Virus record (IMG/VR): IMGVR_UViG_3300049142_000128
Location: 13,128 to 77,127 of that record
Strand: one strand, 5' to 3'
DNA length: 64,000 nucleotides
Source: a virus
Lineage: Duplodnaviria; Caudoviricetes
Position numbers and translations under genes: made by a program. The notes under the pieces are model-generated. The model had not been told where the DNA came from. It ran no database searches and saw only the letters and a program-made list of their open reading frames with translations. This document shows, in pieces, positions 35,725-45,872 of this stretch (positions are counted from its first letter, which is position 1; the number at the start of each line of letters is the position of its first letter).

Positions 35725-38700
35725 CGGCGGCGGAACGCTCCCAACGCACTCAGCGTGCGGAGATCGGCGTTGATCTCGTCGGCCGCGCGCTCCGCGGTCG
35801 TCGAGATCTCCTGGTTGATCACGACGTCGCCGCCGACCCCGCCGACCAGCTCGGCGCGGATGGCGCGGAGCTCGGCGAGGATCGCGTCGTCGCTCAGCGA
35901 GACGGGTGCGGGTCGGCCGGCGGTCGCGGCGACAGCGGCCGCGGCGTCTTGCTGCACGTTCGGGGCGGGCAGGGTGATGTCGCCGATGCGGGCCTGCACG
36001 ACGCTGGCGATGTAGTCGCCGAGCGCGCCGCTGTCGCCGCCGCGAATCGCGGCGACGTCGAGCTGGTCGAGGACGCGCTGGGCGGCCTGGCTGGCGCCGG
36101 ACAGGTCGACGGAGTCGACGGCCGCCCGAGACATCCGCTCCGTGGCGGCCTCGACTGCCGGGGTGATGCGGTCGACGCCCTGCACGAGGCCGCGGCCGAG
36201 GTCGCGGCCGATCCCGGCGAACACCTTCGACGGGGAGGCGATGCCGAAGAAGCTCTTCACCGCGTTGAGGGCGCGCTGCGCGAGCCCGGTGAGGAAGCTG
36301 ATGACCTGGCCGGAGGCGGCCTGCAGGCCGCGCACGATGCCGTCGATGACGTTGCGGCCGACCTGCACCATCTGGCCGGCCCACCCGGAGAGCGCGCTGA
36401 TGACGCGGCCGGGCAGCGCGGTGAACCACTGGATCACCTGCTGCAGGAAGCCGTTCACCGAGGCGAGCACGGTGGAGGCGAGGTTCGCGAAGGACGACAC
36501 GACCTGGCCGACGAACCCGACGACCGCGCCAACGACCGTGCTGACCATGCCGGCGAAGAAGCCGACCACGGAGCCGACGAAGGCGCCGACGGTCGCGATC
36601 ACGGTCGCGGCGAGGTTTCCGAAGAACGCGACGACGCTGGCGACGAGGTTCCCGACGAAGGTGATCACCTGGCCGACGAAGGTCGCGACCGAGGTGACCA
36701 TCCCGGTGAAGGCGGCCACCACGGTCGTGATCGCCGTGATGATCGGGACGGCGATCGACACGATCGCACTGACCAGCGACGCGACGATGTTGATGATCGT
36801 CGTGACCACGGTGACGACGACCGTCATGAGGGAGGTGAAGATCGGCAGGAGGATCTGGATCGCCGCGCCGATGAGCGGGAGCACCGCGGACGCCAGCTGC
36901 ATGAGCGGCGGGAGGAGCGGCAGCACGGCCTGAACCAGCGCCATGAACGCCTGCACGATCATCGGGATCAGCGGGGCGAGCGCGGTCACCGCCTGCAGCA
37001 GGATCTGCCCGATCATGGTGGCGAGCTGGGTGAAGATCGGCGTGAGCTGCTGGATGATCGGCACGAGCTGCGCGAACAGCGGCGTCAGCGCGCCGATGGC
37101 CTGCACGAGGACGCCCGCGATGATCGTCGCGACCTGCTGAATCACCGGGACGAGCGGCGTGATGATCGCGAGCATCGCCGACAGCCCGGCCTGCACCAGC
37201 TGCACGATCACCGGGAGGAGCGGGGTGAGGGCCGTGACGACCTGCGCGAAGATCTGCGCGAACGTTGTGAGGAGCGGCGCGAGCGCGGTCACGGCCTGCA
37301 CCAGCGCGCCGCCGAGCACCGTGGCGAGCTGACCGAACACCGGAGCGAGCGCGGTGATCGCCGGGGCGATCGCGGTGAACGCCTGCACGAGGACGCCGCT
37401 GAGCACCGTGGCCAGCTGCCCGATCACCGGGGCGAGGGCCTGGATCACCGGCGTCAGCACCGCGCCGAGGGCCGCGACGACCGGGCCGATCGCGGTCGCG
37501 ACGGCCTGCAGCGCGGACCCGATCACCGGCAGGACCGGGGCGAGCGCCCCGGCGAGCGCCTGGACGAGCACGGAGATGGTGGGGGCGACGGCGGCCATCG
37601 CCGTGCCGAGCGTCGATCCGATGATCGAGGCGAGCTGGCCGAGCAGCGGCAGCAGCGGCGCGAGGGCCTGGACGACCGCGAGGAACCCGGTCGCGAATGC
37701 CGTCACCCCGGGGGCGGCGGCCTGCAGCCCGGCGACGAGCTCGTTGAGCACCTGCCCGAGCACCGGCCCGACGGCCATGCCGATCTGCTGCAGGACCGGG
37801 CCGACCACGCCGAGGACCTGGATGAGGCCGCCGACGACGGGGAGCAGCGCCTGGATGGCGGCCTGCGCGCCCTGGAAGAACGCGACGAGCGCCTGCTGGC
37901 CGGCGACGGAGTTGACGACGTTTGCGATCTCGGTCGTGACCGAGATGAGCCCGGACATGAGCCCGCCGGTGGCCGAGCTCGCCGCCATGAAGACGCCGGA
38001 GACGATCGACCCGAGGTTCGCCAGGACCGTGCCGAGCTGCCGGGCGGCCGCGACGGCGTTCTCGATCCACACCCCGACCTGCCCGGTCTGGGCGGCGTTC
38101 GACAGGAACATGGCGAAGTTCCGGCCAGCGGCGCCGATGGCCTCGCCGAGCTGGACGACGTACGGGGATCCGGCGACGAACACTTCCGTCATCGCCCGGC
38201 CGAGCGGGGCGAGCGCGGTGGTGGCGGCGGCGACGCCGGCGGACAGGTTCCCGAACGCGACTCGGACGTTGGAGACCGTCGAGGACTGGTTGAGGAAGGC
38301 GCCGAGCTGCTGCCCGGCGCGGTTGAACGCGTCGGCGACGAATCCGAGGCTGTTCCGCAGGATGGGCAGGTAGTTGTTGCCCAGCTGGGAGATCACCGGG
38401 CCGAGACCGGCGAACAGGCGCTGCTGCACGTCGAGCCGCAGGCCCTCCCAGGCTGGTCGCAGCGCCATGACCGCGCGGGCAGCTTCCTGCGCGGCCGGCG
38501 CGAGGTTCTTGATGGCCTCGGCGAACGCCGCGGCGTCACCTTCGGCGACGGCGGACATGGCCTCGCCGAACCCCTGGGTACCGACGCGGAGGGCCCCGAG
38601 GGCGAGCTGGACGGCGCCGATCACCGCCGGCAGCACGGCCACACCGCCGGCCAGCTGGGCTGCTCCAGCAGCGGCGCCGGCGAGCACGATTCCTAGGCCA

Positions 38701-39233
38701 CCGGCGGCGGCCTGGGCGGCGACGGCGGCGAGACCAAGCTTCGACAAGCTGGCGCCGAGGGCGCCGATGCCGACGAGCGCGTTGCCGGCGGTGCGGCCGA
38801 TGTCGCCGAGGCCGCGGGACAGGCCGCGGTCGATGTCGACGTTCACGTCGACGTGCGCGGTGCCGCGGGCTGAGGCGATCGCCGCTTCGATGCGGGCCGT
38901 GATCGCGGCCTCGTTGACGTTGGCGTCGACGTCGACGTTGAACGGGCTGGCCCCAGCCAGGGCGGCGCGGATCCGGGCGACGATCTGGGCGGGGTCGCCG
39001 TCGAGCTGGATGTTGAACGGCCCGGCCGCGTTGAGGGCGGCCCGGATGCGGGTGCCGATGCTGGCCGGGTCGGTGTCGAGCTTGATGTCGACCTGCCCGA
39101 TCCGGCCGGCGGTGGCGCGGACGGCATCGGCGAACCGCTGCCCTACCCGGGCGCCGACGCGCGTGGCGTCGGCCTCCGCGCCGGCCGCGTCGAGCGAGAC
39201 GCGGACGGAGGCCTCGTCCAGGACGCGCGCTAT
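35721..39233 (-). CDS. Tape measure protein (about 1170 aa, apparent ATA start)
   Basis: Long Ala/Leu/Val helical repeats, FFGIASPSKVF; frame is open 129 codons upstream of the first GTG, back to ATA at 39233. Confidence 0.9.
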   Translation of the reverse strand: MARVLDEASVRVSLDAAGAEADATRVGARVGQRFADAVRATAGRIGQVDIKLDTDPASIGTRIRAALNAAGPFNIQLDGDPAQIVARIRAALAGASPFNVDVDANVNEAAITARIEAAIASARGTAHVDVNVDIDRGLSRGLGDIGRTAGNALVGIGALGASLSKLGLAAVAAQAAAGGLGIVLAGAAAGAAQLAGGVAVLPAVIGAVQLALGALRVGTQGFGEAMSAVAEGDAAAFAEAIKNLAPAAQEAARAVMALRPAWEGLRLDVQQRLFAGLGPVISQLGNNYLPILRNSLGFVADAFNRAGQQLGAFLNQSSTVSNVRVAFGNLSAGVAAATTALAPLGRAMTEVFVAGSPYVVQLGEAIGAAGRNFAMFLSNAAQTGQVGVWIENAVAAARQLGTVLANLGSIVSGVFMAASSATGGLMSGLISVTTEIANVVNSVAGQQALVAFFQGAQAAIQALLPVVGGLIQVLGVVGPVLQQIGMAVGPVLGQVLNELVAGLQAAAPGVTAFATGFLAVVQALAPLLPLLGQLASIIGSTLGTAMAAVAPTISVLVQALAGALAPVLPVIGSALQAVATAIGPVVAALGAVLTPVIQALAPVIGQLATVLSGVLVQAFTAIAPAITALAPVFGQLATVLGGALVQAVTALAPLLTTFAQIFAQVVTALTPLLPVIVQLVQAGLSAMLAIITPLVPVIQQVATIIAGVLVQAIGALTPLFAQLVPIIQQLTPIFTQLATMIGQILLQAVTALAPLIPMIVQAFMALVQAVLPLLPPLMQLASAVLPLIGAAIQILLPIFTSLMTVVVTVVTTIINIVASLVSAIVSIAVPIITAITTVVAAFTGMVTSVATFVGQVITFVGNLVASVVAFFGNLAATVIATVGAFVGSVVGFFAGMVSTVVGAVVGFVGQVVSSFANLASTVLASVNGFLQQVIQWFTALPGRVISALSGWAGQMVQVGRNVIDGIVRGLQAASGQVISFLTGLAQRALNAVKSFFGIASPSKVFAGIGRDLGRGLVQGVDRITPAVEAATERMSRAAVDSVDLSGASQAAQRVLDQLDVAAIRGGDSGALGDYIASVVQARIGDITLPAPNVQQDAAAAVAATAGRPAPVSLSDDAILAELRAIRAELVGGVGGDVVINQEISTTAERAADEINADLRTLSALGAFRRR

Positions 39234-39313
39234 GGCACCTGGTCACCTCGCATCCGCGGTCGTTGTCGCTGGGGGCGCGGCCACCATGCAGCCCCCCGGT
39301 GCGGGTACGCGAC

Positions 39314-39324
39314 GCCCGCGAGTC
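39314..39324 (-). promoter_or_regulatory. Late-region motif variant GACTCGCGGGC
   Basis: 25 nt before CATGGT; near-identical context to the 40115 copy. Confidence 0.55.
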
Positions 39325-39330
39325 CGCGAC

Positions 39331-39597
39331 TCACCGCGCCAGGGAGGTCCCGGCGAGCTTCGCCATCGCGGCCTGCTGCTCGGGGCTCATCCCCCACGTC
39401 TCCCTGTCGGGGGGCCGGATCTTCCACAGCACCGGGTTGAGCTTGCGGCGCCACTGCTCGAGCGCGTCCCGCGGGACGTCGATGACGATCGTGAGCAGCA
39501 CGTCGACGACGGTGCCGATGGGTGTGCGGTCGGTGATGCCGGCGAGGTGGAGGCGGCCGCGGATGTAGCTCGCGATGTCGGTGCCGCCGGTGGTCAT
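39331..39597 (-). CDS. Tail assembly chaperone (downstream part)
   Basis: DRETWGMSPEQQAAM; ATGA overlap. Confidence 0.7.
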   Translation of the reverse strand: MTTGGTDIASYIRGRLHLAGITDRTPIGTVVDVLLTIVIDVPRDALEQWRRKLNPVLWKIRPPDRETWGMSPEQQAAMAKLAGTSLAR

Positions 39598-40076
39598 CGC
39601 GACGAGCGCGATGACCTCGACGTAGGGCGGCCCGCCGCCACCTCGGACATGAGGTGCTCGAACACGCCGAGGATCTGCTCGAACTCGACCTCGACGTCGT
39701 CGTCGTGCTCCATGAGCTGCACCCAGCGGCGCCGCGACGACCCGGCCTCGAACGCCGTGTACTTCGGCAGGTCCTCGGCGGGGACGGTGGTGCCGTCGGG
39801 GGCGGTGAGCTCGCCGTCGACGACGGTCGGCTGCCACTTCGCGGGGGTGCCGTCGTTGTCGACGAGGCTGCGGCGGATGAGCCGGTCCAGGTAGGGCAGT
39901 GCGCCGGCGCCGTCCTGGTTCTTCACCAGGCCGACGGTGTCGCCGTAGGAGACGCGGGGGCGGGCGGTGAACTCGTGGGGTTCTTCGACGCCGTCGCGGA
40001 CGAATCCGACGGAGAACTCGACGGTGGGGGCGGGCTTGACGTCGCGCTTCGGGCCGAAGTGCTTGGCTGCGGGCAT
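39594..40076 (-). CDS. Tail assembly chaperone
   Basis: Lies between neck/tail genes and the tape measure; ends GRPTSRSSRS. Confidence 0.7.
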   Translation of the reverse strand: MPAAKHFGPKRDVKPAPTVEFSVGFVRDGVEEPHEFTARPRVSYGDTVGLVKNQDGAGALPYLDRLIRRSLVDNDGTPAKWQPTVVDGELTAPDGTTVPAEDLPKYTAFEAGSSRRRWVQLMEHDDDVEVEFEQILGVFEHLMSEVAAGRPTSRSSRSSR

Positions 40077-40114
40077 GCGCGGCAGAGTGCTCGCGCCGCC
40101 GGGGTACGCGCGAT

Positions 40115-40125
40115 GCCCGCGAGTC
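40115..40125 (-). promoter_or_regulatory. Late-region motif variant GACTCGCGGGC
   Basis: 25 nt before CACTCT; ATG at 40076 lies 8 nt from the final T. Confidence 0.6.
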
Positions 40126-40131
40126 CGTGAC

Positions 40132-40557
40132 TCAGCGGGCGGCGTCGAGGGCGCGGACGAGGAACTCGCTGCCCCGCGTGCCGGGATGCCGGACCTGTCG
40201 GGCGAACACGACCTGGCCGCCGGTGATGAACCGCAGCGCGCGTCGGCGCCTCGGCCGGATGATGTGCGGCGCGGTCCCGTCGTGCTCATACCCGAGGTAG
40301 GTGGTGAGGCCGGGGACGCCAGCGACGATGTCGATGTAGCGGCCGAGCGGTCCGACGCCTTCCTCGCGGCGGATCGAGAGCAGCAGCGTTCCGGTGCGGA
40401 CCCGCACGAGGGTGCGGGCGGCGGCGAGGACACGGCGGGAGCGGTCGTCGAGGTCGCGCTCGAGGCCGCCGCGGCCGCGGCCGCCGACGATGTCGCGGAC
40501 GACGCGCCTGTCGGGGTTGTGGCCGAGGTAGCGGGCGTGGACCCGGGTGCTGCTCAC
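40132..40557 (-). CDS. HK97 gp10-like neck/tail protein
   Basis: VRVRTGTLLLSI, EHDGTAPHIIRP, VRHPGT. Confidence 0.75.
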   Translation of the reverse strand: MSSTRVHARYLGHNPDRRVVRDIVGGRGRGGLERDLDDRSRRVLAAARTLVRVRTGTLLLSIRREEGVGPLGRYIDIVAGVPGLTTYLGYEHDGTAPHIIRPRRRRALRFITGGQVVFARQVRHPGTRGSEFLVRALDAAR

Positions 40558-41096
40558 TCGAGCTGTCCGGCGGTGACGGCGAGGGAGCCCTCGACGGCGG
40601 CGTAGGCCCCTTCAGGGCCGAGGACCTCGACGACGCCGGGCACGACCCGGGATCCGACCGGGAGGCCGGCGGCGACCTTCGTGCAGACCTCGACGAGCGC
40701 CTGGGACAGCAGGCCGGCGTCGCGGAGCAGCGCGAGCCCGGCCTTGGTGAGCACGTCGTCGGGGGGTGGGCTGGTGCCGTCGCGGGACTCGGGGACGCAG
40801 CGCACGAGCTGCACGGCGAACACGGCGTGCCGCAGCCCCGTCGCGCTGATCGGGTTGCCCTTCCCCACGGGGCGGCCGCCCTCGCCGGGGGCGGCCCCGA
40901 CGCCGATCCCGGACATGGTGACGACGAGCTGCTCGCAGTCCCACGCGATGAGCCGCGGGTTGCCGGGGGCGATGACCCGCCGCCCCGGCAGCTTCACCGC
41001 GTCCGACGGATCGCCTCCAGCGGCCTCGAAGTGGGCGACGACCCCGTCGAGGACCGTGCGGGCGAGGCCCGGCACGGCGAGCCCGAGACCGGGCAT
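40554..41096 (-). CDS. Putative tail terminator
   Basis: Position; IAWDCEQLVV...VQLVRCVP. Confidence 0.55.
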   Translation of the reverse strand: MPGLGLAVPGLARTVLDGVVAHFEAAGGDPSDAVKLPGRRVIAPGNPRLIAWDCEQLVVTMSGIGVGAAPGEGGRPVGKGNPISATGLRHAVFAVQLVRCVPESRDGTSPPPDDVLTKAGLALLRDAGLLSQALVEVCTKVAAGLPVGSRVVPGVVEVLGPEGAYAAVEGSLAVTAGQLE

Positions 41097-41293
41097 CAGG
41101 CGGCTCCGCGGATCCGGTCGATGAGCTCGGCGCGGGTGCCGCTGGTGTCCAGCTCCCAGGAGGCGGCGAGCGCGACGAGGTCGTCCTTGCGCATGTCGTC
41201 GAGGCCCTTCGGCACCATCCGACCCGGGCGCGCCGGCTGGTCGCCGGCCGGGGTGTGTGGGGCGAAGGGGTCGTGCGCGCGGCGGTCGGTCAC
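41096..41293 (-). CDS. Small protein with SAP/Rho-N-like motif
   Basis: LDDMRKDDLVALAASWELDTSGTRAELIDRI. Confidence 0.65.
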   Translation of the reverse strand: MTDRRAHDPFAPHTPAGDQPARPGRMVPKGLDDMRKDDLVALAASWELDTSGTRAELIDRIRGAA

Positions 41294-42054
41294 GGTGTCC
41301 TCCTGGCTCTCGGAAGGTCGGGGCTCCACACCGACCCGGCGGCCGGGCGGCCGTACGGGTTCACCGAGCGGATCCACAGGTCGACCGCGTAGAGCCCGGT
41401 GAGGCCCTCGGACAGGAACTCCATGTCGTCGAGGGCGGCGTAGGTGATGCCCTGCCGGGTGACCGACTGCAGCCGCTGCGGCAGCCGGCACGGCCGGTCC
41501 GGGTTGGTGGCGCTGGCGCGGCCGAACTCGACGGCCAGCTCGACGCACGCCTGCCGCCCGCCGAGCGGGGGTTCGTTCCCGTAGCGGTAGGTGACGAGCG
41601 TCCGGTCGCGGCAGGTCGGCCAGCCGCGGCCGTCGGTGCGGGTCAACCACGGGCCGTCGAGCTGCCAGGAGGTGAACGCGACGTCGTCGATCGTGACCGC
41701 GACGACCGAGGTGACGTCGGGGTGCGGGAGCCGGATCCCGGTCGGCTCGTAGTGCCCGCCGGCCGGGTCGCGCCACCGCAGCCCCACCACGCCGGGCCCG
41801 TCGTAGCAGGGGCAGCAGCCCCACGAGCGATGCCAGGGCCAGCCGGGCGCCTCACCAGCGCGGGGCGGCTCGGGCCGGAGCGTGGCCTCCGCGGTGAGGC
41901 TGCGGCCGCGCCACCGACGCCCGGTGAGCGCCCACAGGACGTCGGTGGCGAGGTCGAGGTACATGCACCACTCCTGGGGAGAGTGCATGCCGACTGCCGA
42001 CGTGGGGATGTCGTCGACACCAGCCCACGCCGAGCAGCCAGCGGGTGTGGTCAC
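41290..42054 (-). CDS. Head-to-tail adaptor
   Basis: LATDVLWALTGRRW, CRLPQRLQSVTRQG, GLYAVDLWIRSVNP. Confidence 0.7.
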   Translation of the reverse strand: MTTPAGCSAWAGVDDIPTSAVGMHSPQEWCMYLDLATDVLWALTGRRWRGRSLTAEATLRPEPPRAGEAPGWPWHRSWGCCPCYDGPGVVGLRWRDPAGGHYEPTGIRLPHPDVTSVVAVTIDDVAFTSWQLDGPWLTRTDGRGWPTCRDRTLVTYRYGNEPPLGGRQACVELAVEFGRASATNPDRPCRLPQRLQSVTRQGITYAALDDMEFLSEGLTGLYAVDLWIRSVNPYGRPAAGSVWSPDLPRARRTP

Positions 42055-42716
42055 GACGAGGAGTCGGCCGTGACCGGGACGAGGCCCTGGGTGAGGTCGG
42101 GGATCGACGGCACCCGGCAGTACTGCCAGATGCGGTCGGTGGGGAACTCGATGTCCCCGACCGGGCCGTCCCCGAACATCGGGTTCTGCTCGAGCGTGCC
42201 GGTGAGCGTCGGGGTGAGCGCGTCCTCGCCGTTGAGCGTCATCGACTCGCTCGGCCGCAGCTTCGCTCGGGGCATGACCCAGTGGAAGTACGGCAGGGAC
42301 GAGGAGAACGCGTTGTCGAGGACGGCGCGGGAGAACGCCTCGACGGCGACCCCGTTCGGTGTCGGGTCGACGTTCACCTCCGGGGCCTGGTAGCCGACCA
42401 CGTTCGGCCCGTCCATGATCAGCTCACCGCCGACGAGGAACTGCAGGATGTACGGGTCCGGGGTGCAGACCTGCATGTCCTCGATCGTGCCGCCGAGCAG
42501 CGTGGGCGGGGGCGCGTAGTAGACGCAGGTGATGCCGGCGCCGTTGCGCAGCTCGATCGGGTCCGGTTCCGAGTAGGTGTTCCCGAGGCCCATCGCGACG
42601 AGCGCCTCGGTGGTGTAGCTGTTCTCCGGGCCGACCATCGGGGCGCCGGAGGCGTCGAGCTTGGTGAGGCGCAGGCCGAGCGCGAACAGCGACCCCGCAC
42701 CGTCATATCCAGCCAT
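42051..42716 (-). CDS. Major tail (tube) protein
   Basis: LRLTKLDASGAP, FGDGPVGD; position. Confidence 0.75.
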   Translation of the reverse strand: MAGYDGAGSLFALGLRLTKLDASGAPMVGPENSYTTEALVAMGLGNTYSEPDPIELRNGAGITCVYYAPPPTLLGGTIEDMQVCTPDPYILQFLVGGELIMDGPNVVGYQAPEVNVDPTPNGVAVEAFSRAVLDNAFSSSLPYFHWVMPRAKLRPSESMTLNGEDALTPTLTGTLEQNPMFGDGPVGDIEFPTDRIWQYCRVPSIPDLTQGLVPVTADSSS

Positions 42717-42732
42717 GGTGTGTTTCTCCTGG

Positions 42733-43545
42733 TCAGAGGGTGATCTCGGTGGCGAGGTGCACGCACGGATCGAAGGTCGCCGCGAACACGCGCGTGCCCC
42801 ACACGGTGCGGGTGTTCGTCGACGGGTCGACAGCGTCCGGGTCCGTGATGAGCGTGATCGGCGAGGTGAGCACCGCGACCGGGGCGGTCGCGTAGGCCCA
42901 CACCGTCGCGCCCGGGGCCTGCCCGGCCGGGCCGCTGCCCGGGTAGCCGGCGTCGGCGACGAGCACGTTCCCGGCGTGCGTCACGAGCTGCTGCCCGACC
43001 TGCCGGAACACGTCGTGCAGTCGGCCGAGCGCCATCACCGGCACGTGCAGCATCACCGGCTGCCCGTGCGACGCCTCGAGCGCGGCCTGCTCGAGCCGGC
43101 CGAACGCGACGACCGGATCGGTCCCGCTCCCGGTGACGACATCCGCGTCCGGGGAGGCGAGGTAGGCGTTGGTGTGCTGCTGCCCGCCGACCGTGTACGG
43201 GTCGGTCTGGGTGAGCTCGCCGGCCCACAGCTCCCGCGCGATCGCGAACGGGGTCTGCGCCTCGACGAGCCGACGCACCCGATCGACGTCGACGGGGCCG
43301 CCGAGCGTGGAGCACTCGTCGGCGACCTGCAGCCCGACCGGCTGGTAGTACGCCGCACCGGGCCGGCTCGCCTCGTAGCCGATCTCCGGCTCGTCGCACA
43401 CCGGCACGAGCCGGTACTCCGTGCCGCAACGCTCGGGGATCCAGGCCAGGCCCGTCTCCCAGCGGTCCAGGGTCGGGCGCACCGCGGACGCCACCAGCCC
43501 GGAGGCCGGTGGCGCCGCGGGTACGCCCGGGACGTTGGCGAACAT
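42733..43545 (-). CDS. Minor capsid/decoration-like protein
   Basis: Immediately after the capsid gene; VADAGYPG, VWAYAT. Confidence 0.55.
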   Translation of the reverse strand: MFANVPGVPAAPPASGLVASAVRPTLDRWETGLAWIPERCGTEYRLVPVCDEPEIGYEASRPGAAYYQPVGLQVADECSTLGGPVDVDRVRRLVEAQTPFAIARELWAGELTQTDPYTVGGQQHTNAYLASPDADVVTGSGTDPVVAFGRLEQAALEASHGQPVMLHVPVMALGRLHDVFRQVGQQLVTHAGNVLVADAGYPGSGPAGQAPGATVWAYATAPVAVLTSPITLITDPDAVDPSTNTRTVWGTRVFAATFDPCVHLATEITL

Positions 43546-43567
43546 CAGTTCAGTCGCCTGTCCCTGG

Positions 43568-45382
43568 TCAGGAGATCGCGACGTTGACGGTGCCGGACGC
43601 GGCGCCGGTCGGGTCGACGTCGAACACCGGGCGCAGGGCCTCGACGCCGCGGAACGCGACGCCCTCGAACGTCTCCGAGAACTGCTGGTACCTGTTGCGG
43701 CTGATCAGCTCGGAGTCGCGAACGAGGCCCAGGTCCAGCGAGCCGCCGTCGAGGAACAGGAACGCCCCGCTCGTGAACAGCAGGCTGTCGAACGGCTCGG
43801 GGAAGTTCGGGATCGTGCCGCCGGCCGCGACGTCGGCGTAGACCTGGGACGGGATCGTGACCCCGTTGACGGTCTGCGGGGCGGTGGCACCGTCGAGGAA
43901 CCACACCGGCGACACGCCGCGGCGGGAGAACCAGCCGCCGATCGTGCTCTCCGCGACGCCGAGCGCTTCCTGCCAGTCCCCGGCCGCCATCTGGTAGGCG
44001 ATGTCGGCGCGCAGCAGCTCCCGCACCCACTGCGGGGCCATCCACGTGAGGGAGATGCTGTCGTCGAGGCGGTGCCGGTCGCGGTAGTAGGCGATCAGCT
44101 TGTCCATCTCGACGAGGATGTGCCGGGTGGCGCCGACGACCTGCGTGTTGGCGCGCACCAGCTTCGACTGCGCGGCCATCTGCCGGTACAGCTCCCGCTC
44201 GGCGAGCCGGGCGTGCGCGATCATGCCCTCGCGCACGTTCGCCGCGGTCACCTCGGGGTCGAACCGGGTGGTGATGTTGGAGAACTCCAGGCAGCTGTAG
44301 ATCGCCTGGATGGTGGCGTCCTCGACGGCGGGGCAGTCGACGACCCAGCAGTCCTTCACGGTGCCGCCGGACCCGTCGGCGGCCTCGTCGTCGGCGAGGG
44401 TCCACACACCGGCGCCGTTCACCGCGGCCGCGGCGGAGGAGCCGGGTCGGTACTGGATGCCGCCGCGCTCGACCTGGAACCGCGCGAGCGCGTCGCGGAC
44501 GGGGCGGGCGGTCGACCCGATGACCTCGACGTCGTAGAGCGTCTCCAGCGGGGCGCACAGCCCACCGGCTGCGACCAGCGCGCCGGGCGAGGTGACGGCC
44601 TCGATCTTCGCGAAGTTCTGCTCGAGGCTGTTCCCGAGGACGCGCTCCTCCGGGTACTGCGCCTCGACGCGGGCGACGTGCAGCCGGCCGTGGAACCCGC
44701 GGGCCTGGTAGTCGCCGCGGAACCGGTCGTGGATCGCGCGAGCGAGCTCGAACGTCGAGCCGAGGGGCTGGCCATGCTCGAACGAGCCGTTCGACCCAGC
44801 GGCCTTCACCTTCGTGACCACAGCGCCGCGCTGCGGCGCGGTCTGGGCGGCGTGCACGCCGGGACGCCCGGTGCGGCCCTCGAGCCGGGCACCGGTGGCG
44901 GCGGGTGCGGTCGGGGCGTGCCCGGCGGCGCGGAGGCCCTCGGTGATGCCACGGGCGATCGCTGCGCCGAGCGCGGACGCGGCGAGCGCCGGCTCCTGCG
45001 CGCCCTCGACGACGACCGTGTCGCCACCGTCGGCGGGCTCCCCACCGTCGCCCGGCTGGCCCGGCTCGCCGGTCTCCGCCGTGTCGGTGTCGGCCTGCTC
45101 CGGGTCGGGGATGTCGAGGCCGTCGAGCAGGTCGCGCGCCCGGTCGGCGTTCTGCGCGGCAGCCTGGACGCGGGTGTCCCGCTCGCCGACGACGACGTCG
45201 CGGACCTCCTTCAGCTCCTCGAGCTGGGCGACCAGCTCGGGCGTCGAGGCCTGCTCGCGGGCCTGGCCGACGTGCTCGCGGATCGACGCGACCGCGGCCT
45301 GGATCTCCTCGTCGGTGACGTCGGCGGCGTTGTTCTGGAGCTTGTCGCGCAGCGCGCGGAGCTCCTCGAGGGTCATGCTCAT
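43568..45382 (-). CDS. Major capsid protein with N-terminal scaffold-like coiled coil
   Basis: 604 aa; ALVAAGGLCAP, FLDGGSLDLGLVRDS, NRYQQFSETFEG. Confidence 0.85.
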   Translation of the reverse strand: MSMTLEELRALRDKLQNNAADVTDEEIQAAVASIREHVGQAREQASTPELVAQLEELKEVRDVVVGERDTRVQAAAQNADRARDLLDGLDIPDPEQADTDTAETGEPGQPGDGGEPADGGDTVVVEGAQEPALAASALGAAIARGITEGLRAAGHAPTAPAATGARLEGRTGRPGVHAAQTAPQRGAVVTKVKAAGSNGSFEHGQPLGSTFELARAIHDRFRGDYQARGFHGRLHVARVEAQYPEERVLGNSLEQNFAKIEAVTSPGALVAAGGLCAPLETLYDVEVIGSTARPVRDALARFQVERGGIQYRPGSSAAAAVNGAGVWTLADDEAADGSGGTVKDCWVVDCPAVEDATIQAIYSCLEFSNITTRFDPEVTAANVREGMIAHARLAERELYRQMAAQSKLVRANTQVVGATRHILVEMDKLIAYYRDRHRLDDSISLTWMAPQWVRELLRADIAYQMAAGDWQEALGVAESTIGGWFSRRGVSPVWFLDGATAPQTVNGVTIPSQVYADVAAGGTIPNFPEPFDSLLFTSGAFLFLDGGSLDLGLVRDSELISRNRYQQFSETFEGVAFRGVEALRPVFDVDPTGAASGTVNVAIS

Positions 45383-45522
45383 CGCTGTGGCCTTCCGGCT
45401 CGTGTGCTGTCGGGGGGCGGGGACACCCCGGCTATGCCGGAAGACGGCTGGCGCTAGGCGCCGGGCCGCGTTCCCCTTCCTTGATCGGCGAGGATCAGGG
45501 CGGAGCGGCTGTCAACGACGGC

Positions 45523-45533
45523 AGTCGCGTGTC
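45523..45533 (-). promoter_or_regulatory. Late-region motif GACACGCGACT
   Basis: 26 nt before GATCCT, upstream of the capsid gene. Confidence 0.65.
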
Positions 45534-45557
45534 GTGCGGCCGCGCGAGGATGGCGCG

Positions 45558-45872
45558 GTGGACCGCCTGGATGAGGACCTGGTGCGCCGGCTCGTCGGCG
45601 AGCACCTGCAGCAGCACCCGACCACGCGCACGCTGCATCTGACCGACGCCACCTTCCACGCAGCCGTCGAGGCAGCCCGGACCACGCTGGTCGCGGTCAC
45701 CGCCTCGATGCGCGCAGCCGGCCTCCCGTTGTGGCAGGCGGAGGCCGTGCTGCGCGGAGCGCTCGACCAACTGCTCGGCGACCAGTTGCTCGCCGAGCAG
45801 CGGCGGCAGGTGGAGCTGGCTGCGGCGCTCGCGCTGGCACCGCCCAGCACGGGCCGGGGCGTGCCGACATGA
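45558..45872 (+). CDS. Hypothetical protein
   Basis: SD GAGGA + GTG; first of three coupled genes. Confidence 0.55.
   Translation: MDRLDEDLVRRLVGEHLQQHPTTRTLHLTDATFHAAVEAARTTLVAVTASMRAAGLPLWQAEAVLRGALDQLLGDQLLAEQRRQVELAAALALAPPSTGRGVPT

Noticed and set aside
39590-39650. Programmed -1 frameshift between the tail assembly chaperones
   Set aside because: No canonical X XXY YYZ heptamer seen, and the second ORF has its own ATG overlapping the first stop; not excluded, but unsupported.
45510-45515. TTGACA -35 box for the capsid gene (minus strand)
   Set aside because: Only 13 nt from the GATCCT hexamer, not a canonical spacing; the GACWCGCGWCT architecture explains the site better.
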